A stretch of DNA of 64,000 bases from assembly GCA_965370045.1 (NCBI GenBank), contig CBDUSI010000006.1, forward strand, positions 3,968 to 67,967, written 5' to 3'. The DNA comes from an uncultured bacterium. GTDB taxonomy: Bacteria; Planctomycetota; SZUA-567; JAKLDR01. The translations under genes and the position numbers were made by a program. This document shows positions 50,798 through 59,378 of this stretch, in pieces. The notes under the pieces were generated by a model that did not search any database, was not told where the DNA came from, and was given only the letters and a program-made list of their open reading frames with translations. The number at the start of each line of letters is the position of its first letter. The first letter of the stretch is position 1.

Positions 50798-51484
50798 ATG
50801 CGCAACGTCCTGATCGTAGCCGCCCATCCCGATGACGAGGTGCTCGGCGCCGGGGGAGTCACCGCGCGCCTGGCCGACGAGGGCGTGGCCGTCCATATCC
50901 TGATACTCGGCGAAGGCGCGACCAGCCGGGGCAGGACCAGAAAGGGCGGGGAGGCTCCGGCGGCGGTCAAGGCCCTTGAGCGCGCGGCGCGCAAGGCCGC
51001 CAAGCTGCTCGGCGCGAAGTCGGTCAAGTTCGGCCGCCTGCCCGACAACCGCTTCGACTCCCTCGACCTCCTGAAGATCGTCAAGCTCGTGGAGGCCGAG
51101 ATGAAGCGCGTCGCGCCCCAGGCGGTCTTCACCCACTTCTCGGGGGACCTCAACGTGGACCACCGCCTGACCTTCGAAGCGGTGATGGCCGCCTGCCGGC
51201 CGCTGCCCGGCGCGGCGGTGCGCGAGGTATACTCCTTCGAGGTGCCCAGTTCCACGGGATGGGCCGGCCCCGACCCCCAGCGCTCGTTCGCGCCCACGGT
51301 CTACGTGGACGTCGGCCGGTACCTGCTCCGCAAGCTGGAGGCCCTGACGGCCTATACGTCAGAGATGCGGCCCGCGCCCCACCCGCGCAGTCCGGAATCG
51401 GTCGAGGTCCAGGCGCGCTTCCGCGGCTCGCAGGCCGGGCTGGAGGCCGCCGAGGCCTTCGTGCTGGTCAGGGAGGTCAGGTAA
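50798..51484 (+). CDS. PIG-L / LmbE family deacetylase
   Basis: VLIVAAHPDDEVLGAGG..DHR.. signature. Confidence 0.85.
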   Translation: MRNVLIVAAHPDDEVLGAGGVTARLADEGVAVHILILGEGATSRGRTRKGGEAPAAVKALERAARKAAKLLGAKSVKFGRLPDNRFDSLDLLKIVKLVEAEMKRVAPQAVFTHFSGDLNVDHRLTFEAVMAACRPLPGAAVREVYSFEVPSSTGWAGPDPQRSFAPTVYVDVGRYLLRKLEALTAYTSEMRPAPHPRSPESVEVQARFRGSQAGLEAAEAFVLVREVR

Positions 51485-51857
51485 CCTTCGCGTCGCCAGC
51501 GGACGCGTCCACGTAACGCATGCGCAGCCCGGTAAGCAGGGAGCGCATCTCTGACTCCTCGTCGTCGGTCAGGTTGCCCCGGGTCTTCTCTTCGAGGACG
51601 CCTATCAAGTCGATGTGGTAGCGGGCGGCCGGAAGATCGACTTCGCGCTTGCCGCTGAACGGACTCTCCACTTCTCCGAGGTAAATCATCACCTGCGCGG
51701 CGAGTCCGCCGAGGAAGCTCATGAAGTCGGGCTCCGGCAGCGGGGGTCGTTCCGCGGACTCGGTTCCAGTCTTCCCGTCCAGATCCTCGGAAAGACGCTC
51801 CTTCTCCCGGCGGGCCTCCTCTTCCCAGGCCTCGTCGTGGATCTTCTCGTCTGCCAA
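51477..51857 (-). CDS. DUF1844 domain protein
   Basis: PEPDFMSFLGGLAAQVMIYLGEVESP..VDLPAARYHIDLIGVLEEKTRGNL. Confidence 0.7.
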   Translation of the reverse strand: MADEKIHDEAWEEEARREKERLSEDLDGKTGTESAERPPLPEPDFMSFLGGLAAQVMIYLGEVESPFSGKREVDLPAARYHIDLIGVLEEKTRGNLTDDEESEMRSLLTGLRMRYVDASAGDAKVT

Positions 51858-52037
51858 GAGTCCTCCCTCCTCAGGTGAGCCGGCCTCGCGGGAGGATTAT
51901 AGGGTGCGGTGCCCGCGGCGCAAGGCTCTCTGACTTCGCAGGTGCCGCGATTCGCCGTGGAAACCGGCGGGGTCCGGGAATAGAATCTCCCCAAGAGCGT
52001 TGCCTTGAGAGATTGATCGGTTGAGGAGCAAACGCGG

Positions 52038-52580
52038 ATGGACGAGACAGCCCCGACTGAATCGCTGCGCAAACAGCATTCCAGGCTGGCCAAGGGACTG
52101 GCCAGACTTTGGATACTGATAGACAGCCTGCAAGCCGGTGACGATGGCAAGAAGCCCGAACTGCAGCGGGCGCTAGCGTTTCTGGAACAGGAAGTGGGTC
52201 CCCATGCAGAGGCCGAGGATTGCTTTCTTTATCCCGAGGTCGGGCGCATCATGGGCTGTCACCAGGCCACCGCAACCATGAACATGGACCACGAGTTCAT
52301 CTCCAGCTACATCCGCGAGCTTCGCGGCCAAGTTGACACCGCCTTCGGCCCGACGGGTACCGGCCTGTCCGCCGAGACGGTGACGAGCATCCGGGCCATC
52401 GCCCACCGGCTGACCGGCCTGCTCCGCGCGCACTTCGAGAAAGAGGAGAGGGTCTACTTCCCGCTCCTCGACCGGGAGATGACCGCCGAGCAGGTGCGCC
52501 AGCGGGTGACCGATCCCATGGCCGCAATGGTGACCGGCGCCGTCGACGGGCGCGCCTCCGAGCGGTCAAATTCCTCTTGA
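52038..52580 (+). CDS. Hemerythrin HHE cation-binding domain protein
   Basis: H..E/D-rich helices: LRKQHSRL..VGPHAEAEDCFLYPE..MDHEF..HFEKEERVYFPLL. Confidence 0.7.
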   Translation: MDETAPTESLRKQHSRLAKGLARLWILIDSLQAGDDGKKPELQRALAFLEQEVGPHAEAEDCFLYPEVGRIMGCHQATATMNMDHEFISSYIRELRGQVDTAFGPTGTGLSAETVTSIRAIAHRLTGLLRAHFEKEERVYFPLLDREMTAEQVRQRVTDPMAAMVTGAVDGRASERSNSS

Positions 52581-52632
52581 ATCGGGAAAGCCTCCCGGGT
52601 AAACACTGCATCATACTTTTCTTGAAGGGAGC

Positions 52633-53013
52633 TTGCTCTTGAGCGACGCCGAGGGCAACCAGGCATCCAGCGAACCGGTGGGCGGCAAGTCCGAGTACGC
52701 TCAGCCGGTCTTCGAGAAGATCGTGCGCCAGGCGGTGGCCAGCGTCCAGGGGCTGCGCCTGGAGCCGCTGGAGGGCGGCGGCCCGCTCGCCAAGTTCCTG
52801 CACCGCCCGCGCCGGGTGGACGTCAGGAAGTCCGATGACCGCCTGGCCGTCACCGTGCCCCTCCAGGTGGAGTACGGCCGGCGCATTCCCGAGCTGGCTG
52901 GCGAGGCCCAGCGCGCCATATCCGCCGAGGTCCACCGGCTCACCGGCGAGGACGCCGCAATAAACTTGCGCATTCGCGGACTCTACAGCCAGGAACAGGG
53001 GACCGGGCGATGA
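52633..53013 (+). CDS. Asp23/Gls24 family envelope stress protein
   Basis: FEKIVRQAVASVQGL.. ; ..IPELAGEAQRAISAEVHRLTG.. Confidence 0.7.
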   Translation: MLLSDAEGNQASSEPVGGKSEYAQPVFEKIVRQAVASVQGLRLEPLEGGGPLAKFLHRPRRVDVRKSDDRLAVTVPLQVEYGRRIPELAGEAQRAISAEVHRLTGEDAAINLRIRGLYSQEQGTGR

Positions 53014-53447
53014 GCACTGAAGCTCCACAGAACACCACCCCGGTCCCCCAGGGCACCTGGTCGATAGACGAGGCCCAGATCGGCGAGATCGCCCGCCGCG
53101 AGGTCCGCGAGGTCCCCGGAGTGGTGAGCGTCATCGAGGCCGGGCCCATGGACCGTCTCTCGGGACAGGTTGGCCTGCTGCGCCGCATTCTGCCCCGCGG
53201 TCCGGCGGCCATCGAGGGCGGCCAGGTACGCCTCAAGCTCAGTTTCATCGCCGAGTACGGCCGGGTGCTGCCCGACCTGGTCGAGGAAGTCCGCCAGCGC
53301 GCCGCGCGCGCCGTCGAGGGCATGACCGGCTACCGGGTCGGGGCGGTGGACGTCACCGTGGCCGACCTGCACGTCCCCGGCGAACCGCTGCCCACCCGCG
53401 AACCGGGCCTCCAGGGCGACGACGGCGGCCGGCGGATAGACTTCTAG
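53010..53447 (+). CDS. Asp23/Gls24 family protein
   Basis: IGEIARREVREVPGVVSV..LPDLVEEVRQRAARAVEGMTGYRVGAVDVTVADL. Confidence 0.75.
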   Translation: MSTEAPQNTTPVPQGTWSIDEAQIGEIARREVREVPGVVSVIEAGPMDRLSGQVGLLRRILPRGPAAIEGGQVRLKLSFIAEYGRVLPDLVEEVRQRAARAVEGMTGYRVGAVDVTVADLHVPGEPLPTREPGLQGDDGGRRIDF

Positions 53448-53460
53448 ACGCCCCCCGCCC

Positions 53461-54312
53461 ATGCCTTCCCAGAGACGCCTCCTGCCGACCGCCACCGGCC
53501 GGGCGCCCTCCCGGCTGATCCGCTGGGCCACCTGGGAAATGGGACTGGCCATCGCCCTGGTGGCGGTAGCCTGGGTGGGGGCCATGTACCTGCCCAAACT
53601 GCTGGGCGCTGACGGGACGGGGCGCTGGTTCGTGTCCTCGTTGATCCTCAACGCGATGTTCGCCGGGGTGCCGCTCTGCCTCCTGGCCTTCAAGCACAAG
53701 CAGCCGGTACTGAGCACGCTGGTCCCCAGCGACCGGGTAGTCGCGGATTTCGGCTGGGGACTGCAGATCGCCCTGGTGGTCGGGGCCTTGAACGCGCTTG
53801 CGGTGCAGCGTGCCCTGCCCGACCTGCAGACCATGATCGACGCACCGCCCGGCGCGGCAACCCCCTACCCCTGGTATTACATGGGCGCCTACAAGATCGA
53901 GGACATGCGCGGGCTGGTGCTTTTCGTCTTCGGCTGGGGGATATTCCCGCCGATTGCCGAGGAACTCTTCTTCCGGGGCTTCCTCTTCGGGGCCTTGCGG
54001 CGACGGCTCAAGGCCGGGTACGCCATACCCCTCTCCGCGCTGGCCTTCTCGCTGATTCACTACCCGCATCTGGAACCCATGGTGGCCACCATGATCCTGG
54101 GCTTGGTGGTGGCCACGGTGTACGAATACTCCGGTTCCCTGCTCTCGCCGATCATGGCCCACATGGGGCTGAACCTGTCCTTCGTCCTCTTCATGGCCAT
54201 GGACGGAGAACTCGCTGAGCTGATCCCCAGGTGGATACTCATCACCGGCGCGACGGGTTCCGCCGTGCTCTTCTTCATATCCAGCAGGTATCTGTTCAGG
54301 AAGGCGCGATAG
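53461..54312 (+). CDS. CPBP family intramembrane glutamic endopeptidase (CAAX protease-like)
   Basis: Multi-TM. IAEELFFRGFLFG and ..FSLIH.. motifs. Confidence 0.85.
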   Translation: MPSQRRLLPTATGRAPSRLIRWATWEMGLAIALVAVAWVGAMYLPKLLGADGTGRWFVSSLILNAMFAGVPLCLLAFKHKQPVLSTLVPSDRVVADFGWGLQIALVVGALNALAVQRALPDLQTMIDAPPGAATPYPWYYMGAYKIEDMRGLVLFVFGWGIFPPIAEELFFRGFLFGALRRRLKAGYAIPLSALAFSLIHYPHLEPMVATMILGLVVATVYEYSGSLLSPIMAHMGLNLSFVLFMAMDGELAELIPRWILITGATGSAVLFFISSRYLFRKAR

Positions 54313-54327
54313 GTTCTGGCGTAACCG

Positions 54328-55092
54328 CTATTTGCCAACCAGCAGCCGGTCGGCGCAGACCGGGTGCAGGCAGCCGATCTTGCGGATCATCTTCACGGTC
54401 TTCTCGACGTCGTACTTCACGCGGCGGAAGTGGATGGTGTCGCCGTCCTGTTCGACGTAGCAGGCCCGAGTGTCGCCGTCGCGGGGCTGGCCCACCGAGC
54501 CATCGTTGACCAGGTACTTCCTGCCCGGCTTCAGCTTGAAGCCCTGGGGCACATCGCTGGGCCTGAGCCACTGGAAGTCCGCGGTCACTATGCCCGGGCG
54601 GTGGCTGTGGCCCACGACGCACAGGCGCTCGAACTTCTCGAATATCTCGAAGATCTTCCGGCCCGGACCGTAGGCCACGTCGCTCTCCAGGACGTACTCC
54701 ATGAGCCGGTCGCGCGGGGAGGCGTGCACGTAGAGCACTCCCTCGTCCTCGGCGCCGTCGGGCAGGTCGCGCAGGAAGTCCCAGGCCTCGCAGCCGGGAC
54801 CGGGCTTGAGCAGGCACTTGTCGCCCATTACCTGCCGGTTGCAGTAGATCGCCTCGCTGGCCACCGGGTTGAAGCCCAGCGGCTGGTTGAGCAGCGCCCA
54901 GTCGTGGTTGCCCATGATGTACTTGTGGCAGCGCCCGGCGACCATTTCGATGCAGCGCTCCGGGTCCGGGCCGTAGCCCACCAGGTCACCACCGCACCAG
55001 ACCTCCTCGATGCCCCGGCCGGCAATGTCCTCGAAGACCGCCTCCAGCGCCGGGCTGTTCGCGTGTATGTCCGAGATGTAGGCGCGACGCAC
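54328..55092 (-). CDS. Metallophosphoesterase (calcineurin-like)
   Basis: ISDIHAN..GGDLVGYG..GNHD..GHSH.. motifs. Confidence 0.88.
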   Translation of the reverse strand: MRRAYISDIHANSPALEAVFEDIAGRGIEEVWCGGDLVGYGPDPERCIEMVAGRCHKYIMGNHDWALLNQPLGFNPVASEAIYCNRQVMGDKCLLKPGPGCEAWDFLRDLPDGAEDEGVLYVHASPRDRLMEYVLESDVAYGPGRKIFEIFEKFERLCVVGHSHRPGIVTADFQWLRPSDVPQGFKLKPGRKYLVNDGSVGQPRDGDTRACYVEQDGDTIHFRRVKYDVEKTVKMIRKIGCLHPVCADRLLVGK

Positions 55093-55093
55093 G

Positions 55094-55705
55094 CTATTCT
55101 CCGCCGGCTTCCGAGACCCCGCGCGCCTCCGCGCCGGCCTCGCGAATGAGCTTCTTGATGGACTCGGCCGCGCGTTCGACTTCCTTCAGGCGCCGTTTGA
55201 GGTCATCGGGGAGGTCCGAATAGCGCTCCGCAATGATCTCCAGCTGCCCCATCGCCACGGCCAGGGGATTATTGAGATCATGGCAGAGCGCGCGCACCTT
55301 CCGGGCGCCCGGCACCGACCCGGCTTCCCCGGACTCCCCAGCCGGCCGCCGCACCGCCGCGCCGGAGAGCAGGCGGCCCAGCGCCGCGCCCACCACCAGG
55401 CGGGTAAGCGGCCTGGCCAGGACCTCGCCGGCGACGCCTCCCGCCGCGTCGTCCCGGCGAAGCACGCTCAGAACCGGCATCTGGCGGCAAGCCTCCTCGC
55501 TGCGGATGCGCTCGACCAGGGCCTCGCCGCCGGGCGGAGGCAGCTCCATGTCGACCACCGCAGCGCCGGCTCCCCCGCCGGTGATCAGCTGCATGGCCTC
55601 GATGGGGTCGGGGCTGAGCAGGCTCTGGTGACCGCCCTGGGCGAGCTCCACGGCGGCCAGCCTGCGAAGCTCGCCGTCGGCGCTGGCAACCAGAACGGTG
55701 GTCAT
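55094..55705 (-). CDS. Receiver-like domain fused to a HisKA phosphoacceptor domain, no ATPase domain
   Basis: REC-like N-terminus (..AVVDMELPPPGG..PVLSVL..). H-box ALCHDLNNPLAVAMGQLEI. Ends about 60 aa later. Confidence 0.7.
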   Translation of the reverse strand: MTTVLVASADGELRRLAAVELAQGGHQSLLSPDPIEAMQLITGGGAGAAVVDMELPPPGGEALVERIRSEEACRQMPVLSVLRRDDAAGGVAGEVLARPLTRLVVGAALGRLLSGAAVRRPAGESGEAGSVPGARKVRALCHDLNNPLAVAMGQLEIIAERYSDLPDDLKRRLKEVERAAESIKKLIREAGAEARGVSEAGGE

Positions 55706-55723
55706 TTGCGGTCGCTTCCGCGC

Positions 55724-56734
55724 CTACTTGGGAGGCTCCACGGGATCGAGCCAGGGCATCATCTTGCGGAGCTTGCGGCCCACGCGCTCAATGGTGATGT
55801 TCCGCTCGGCCCGGCGCTTGGCCCGGAGCTTCTTGGCGCCCCCTGCGGCCTCGCGCATCCACTTCCTGGCGAACTTGCCGCTCTTGATCTCTGAGAGGAC
55901 TTTGCGCATTTCCGCGCGGGTCTTGCCGGTAATGATCCGCGGGCCGATGGTATAGTCGCCGTACTCGGCGGTGTCGCTCACCGAGTAGCGCATGAAGCTG
56001 ATCCCCCCGCGGTAGAAGAGGTCGACGATGAGCTTGAGCTCGTGGAGGCACTCGAAGTAGGCGATCTCCGGCTGGTAGCCGGCGGCCACCAGCGTGTTGA
56101 AGCTGCTCTTGACCAGTTCGGAAGCGCCTCCGCAGAGGATGACCTGCTCGCCGAAGAGGTCGGTTTCGGTCTCCTCGGCGAACGTCGTACGGATCACGCC
56201 GGCGCGGGTACCGCCAACTCCCCATGCGTAGGCCAGGGCCAGGTCGCGGGCCTTGCGGCTGGCGTTCTGCTCGACGGCCAGCAGGCAGGGCACCCCCCCG
56301 CCCTTCTGGTACTCGCTGCGCACCAGGTGTCCGGGGCCCTTGGGGGCGACCATCACCACGTCGACGTTCTTGGGAGGAGTGATGCCTCCGAAGCGGATAT
56401 TGAAACCGTGGCTGAAGCCCAGCACCTTGCCCTTGGACAGGTACGGCTCGATCTCCTTCTTGTAGACTGTGGGCTGTGCGGTGTCGGGGAGCAGTATCTG
56501 GATGTAGTCGGCCTTCTTAGCCGCCTGGGCGGCGCTCATCGGCTTGAAGCCGTGCTTCTTGGCGGTCTTCCAGTTGAGCGTGCCCTTCAGCTCGCCGACC
56601 ACCACCTTGAAGCCGCTGTCGCGCAGGTTCTGGGCCTGAGCGTGGCCTTGCGAGCCATAGCCGATGATGGCAATGATCTTCTTCTTGAGCAGTGCCGGCT
56701 TGGCGTCCTTCGAGTAGTAGATCTTTGCTGCCAT
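55724..56734 (-). CDS. ilvC: Ketol-acid reductoisomerase
   Basis: [41 protein letters not shown].. ATG at 56734. Confidence 0.97.
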   Translation of the reverse strand: MAAKIYYSKDAKPALLKKKIIAIIGYGSQGHAQAQNLRDSGFKVVVGELKGTLNWKTAKKHGFKPMSAAQAAKKADYIQILLPDTAQPTVYKKEIEPYLSKGKVLGFSHGFNIRFGGITPPKNVDVVMVAPKGPGHLVRSEYQKGGGVPCLLAVEQNASRKARDLALAYAWGVGGTRAGVIRTTFAEETETDLFGEQVILCGGASELVKSSFNTLVAAGYQPEIAYFECLHELKLIVDLFYRGGISFMRYSVSDTAEYGDYTIGPRIITGKTRAEMRKVLSEIKSGKFARKWMREAAGGAKKLRAKRRAERNITIERVGRKLRKMMPWLDPVEPPK

Positions 56735-56789
56735 GTGTGCTTCCCTTTCGTTCTCAGAGGGCCGCGGCGCGACGGCCGAAGACGCGCGG

Positions 56790-56818
56790 ATTATAGGCCG
56801 CAGGTTATGTGGCGGCAA
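56790..56818 (-). promoter_or_regulatory. Putative ilvC promoter (TTGCCG-N17-TATAAT, minus strand)
   Basis: The complement of 56813-56818 is TTGCCG and that of 56790-56795 is TATAAT. Confidence 0.45.
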
Positions 56819-56908
56819 GGGCAGGCAGTTCAGACTTTTGGGATCAACCCTGGACATGCCTGGAAAGAAAGTGAACCTACCATAGGTTGCCTGCGTTACG
56901 GGCAGCAG

Positions 56909-57925
56909 ATGTGGGTGGAGGAGGCTGAGAAAGTGAAGAGGATCTGCCATCCCGCAATAGCAATCACGTTTCTGGTCGCGGCCTGGGGCACCGCCCTTGC
57001 AGGGTTCAGTGAAACGGAAGTCCCGTTGCGGACCGCTGTCCGCTACGCCAAGGTGATAGCTGTCGGCCGGATCGCCAAGGTCGAAACGTTCAAATATCCT
57101 ACCACCGACGGTCTGGGCCATCCCCGGACCTCCACCGGATACATCTTTACCCTGCGGGTGACAGAGACCCTCAAAGGGAACGCCAAGCTCAAGACCGCCA
57201 CATTCTTCGATCGATTGAAATGCTACAAGCGAGACCAGAAGGTCATTGTCTTTCTGAGCCCTGTCAACGCACAGCGGACCCGGATTCCGAAGGAGATTCC
57301 CAAGAGGATTACCTGGGAATACGTTTCGTCGGGCAACCGGTACACCGTTACGGGTCCAGATGTGGATGCCCTCATCGCCTACACCAAGGAACTCGTCAAG
57401 CTGAGAGCCGCTGTGAAAGAGCCGCCTGCAAAGCTGGTCCTCTCAATCGAGAAGGTCAACCTTCGCCGAAAAGGCAAGAATTCCGTGCTGCTCCTCACCG
57501 TCCGCTTCACCAACAAATCCAAGGAAGACATCGCCCTCAGCGACGCCGAAGGGATCGGGCTTACGGTCGTCAACAACAAGAAGCACGTCACCTGGCACTC
57601 TCGGCCCGGCAACCCGCCCACTACCGGGTCATTCTCAGTGCTCCGCCCGGGACAATCTCTTGACCGAAAGGTGCGATTCGATGATGTGATGTTCGAGAAG
57701 GGCACTCCGCACGTCGAGGCGTACTATCACTTCCATATACACTCCCACAATTGCGGTATGCTGGTCACCGAGCCCAATCCCTGGTGTGGCCTTGTGCGGT
57801 CCCGAACAGTGGATATCAGCAAGGCCCTAAAGGGAGCCACGTGGCGGCCCGGCCGCCGGGCGCTCAGAACCCCAGGTAGCGGCGCAGCTCGCCCAGTTCC
57901 TCCTCCACCTCGCGGTCGGAGTTGA
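56909..57925 (+). CDS. Secreted hypothetical protein in a low-GC patch
   Basis: ATG at 56909 or GTG at 56933 (GGAGGAGG SD). Signal-like [21 protein letters not shown]. Visibly lower GC. 3' end overlaps the convergent sigma gene by ~60 nt. Confidence 0.65.
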   Translation: MWVEEAEKVKRICHPAIAITFLVAAWGTALAGFSETEVPLRTAVRYAKVIAVGRIAKVETFKYPTTDGLGHPRTSTGYIFTLRVTETLKGNAKLKTATFFDRLKCYKRDQKVIVFLSPVNAQRTRIPKEIPKRITWEYVSSGNRYTVTGPDVDALIAYTKELVKLRAAVKEPPAKLVLSIEKVNLRRKGKNSVLLLTVRFTNKSKEDIALSDAEGIGLTVVNNKKHVTWHSRPGNPPTTGSFSVLRPGQSLDRKVRFDDVMFEKGTPHVEAYYHFHIHSHNCGMLVTEPNPWCGLVRSRTVDISKALKGATWRPGRRALRTPGSGAARPVPPPPRGRS

Positions 57926-58598
57926 CCGAGTTGCGCAGCTCCGCGCGCAGCGCCGCGTCGTACAGGCGCCGGCCGCGGTGCAGGAAGTTGGTCACGTCGG
58001 TCTCGGACAGGCCTAGCTGTCCGCCGAGCTCGGCGTAGCTGGCCGCCTGGCCCCTGCCCGCTGACTCCACCTGGAGCAGGAACACCTCCACGTAGCGCTC
58101 GCGCTTGGTGCCGCCGTGCTCCCCCTTGAGGCGCCCCAGGGCGGCGGCCACCAGGGCGCGGGCCCACTCCTGGCAGTAGAGCTCCTCAGGGCTGTCCGAG
58201 CCCTCGATGTCCCGCGCCAGGCGCGCGCTCTCGGCGAGTTCGTCCGCGGGGATCAGATCGATGGATCGCTCCCGCGTCCTGCGCCTGGCCGGCTTGTGCC
58301 CGTAGAGGAAACGTCGCAGGGTGGCCAGCACGTAGGTGCGGAACTTGCCGCGCTCGCGGTCGGCGCCCGCGAAGTAGTCCTTGCGCAGGGCCTCGGCGAA
58401 GTAGTCCTGGACGAGATCGGCGGCCTCCTCGGGACGGCGGCCCTTGCGGCGAAGGAAGGCGTAGACCGGCTTCCAGTACTTGCCGCAGAGCTCTTCCACG
58501 GCCTTGGCGCTCTTTTCGGTGGAGGTGCCCCGCGCGGCCAGGACGTCGGTCCAGGCCGTGGTCGAGAAGCGCGCGTGGGTCCAGCGGTCGTCAGCCAT
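57864..58598 (-). CDS. ECF-type sigma-70 family RNA polymerase sigma factor
   Basis: Region 2-like YWKPVYAFLRRKGRRPEEAADLVQDYF. Region 4-like ASYAELGGQLGLSETDVTNFLHRGRRLY. Confidence 0.8.
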   Translation of the reverse strand: MADDRWTHARFSTTAWTDVLAARGTSTEKSAKAVEELCGKYWKPVYAFLRRKGRRPEEAADLVQDYFAEALRKDYFAGADRERGKFRTYVLATLRRFLYGHKPARRRTRERSIDLIPADELAESARLARDIEGSDSPEELYCQEWARALVAAALGRLKGEHGGTKRERYVEVFLLQVESAGRGQAASYAELGGQLGLSETDVTNFLHRGRRLYDAALRAELRNSVNSDREVEEELGELRRYLGF

Positions 58599-58664
58599 CA
58601 GGAAACGATATTAGCACCGCTCCAGCGCAGCGGCAAGCGAAAAGCGCGCTTCCGCGGACCGCCT

Positions 58665-59378
58665 CTACGGCGCCTTCGGGCGCGCGATCCAGGCCCGCAC
58701 CACCATCCAGACGAAGCCCCTCAGAATCTCACGGTCACAGGGCACCTGCTTCCCGGCGACTTCGATCTTCTTGCCCACCTGAGGGACGTGAAAGAAGGCG
58801 CAGTCGAAGCCGCCGCGCGTGCGGCGAAGGTGCTCAAGCACGTAGCTGGTCTCCTCGCAGAGGTACTGGCCGGCATCCTCGGAAACCTTGAAGGGCAAGC
58901 CGGCCCGCTCTATCGCCGGCTTGAGCCCCCCGATTGGAAACTCCGAAACGTACTTCCCGGGTCCGCCCTTGACGACCTCCCTGCCCGCCGGCAGCTTCCC
59001 GAGGTTGTCTGGCACAAGAACCTTGCGCTCACTGCGGGCGATCTTCTCGAACCGGAAGACGCCCTCGAACTCCTGCCCGAAGGAGAAGACCGCCACGGGC
59101 TTGTGCTTCTCGATGAGCGCTTCGAGCCGCTTCATCGGCGCGCCCCAGACCACGGGTATCCGCCTGGCGAGAATTCTGTGCCCGGCAATAACCTTGCCGT
59201 CCAGGTCTTTGATGGCCTCCCAGGAGGCGTTGGTATCGCCTCCCGCGAAGGGTTCAAATCCGGTCAGCAGTATGATCTTCACGTCCGCTCTCCGCGGCAC
59301 TGGCTCGGGCCGACGGCAAGAGGCCAGCAGCAGCGCCGCTCCGGCCGCAACTATCCCCAACAGCGTCCGACGCGTCAA
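58665..59378 (-). CDS. pcp: Pyroglutamyl-peptidase I (peptidase C15) with a lipoprotein-type signal
   Basis: ILLTGFEPFAGGDTNASWEA..SEDAGQYLCEE.. ; LLLASC signal. Confidence 0.8.
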   Translation of the reverse strand: MTRRTLLGIVAAGAALLLASCRRPEPVPRRADVKIILLTGFEPFAGGDTNASWEAIKDLDGKVIAGHRILARRIPVVWGAPMKRLEALIEKHKPVAVFSFGQEFEGVFRFEKIARSERKVLVPDNLGKLPAGREVVKGGPGKYVSEFPIGGLKPAIERAGLPFKVSEDAGQYLCEETSYVLEHLRRTRGGFDCAFFHVPQVGKKIEVAGKQVPCDREILRGFVWMVVRAWIARPKAP

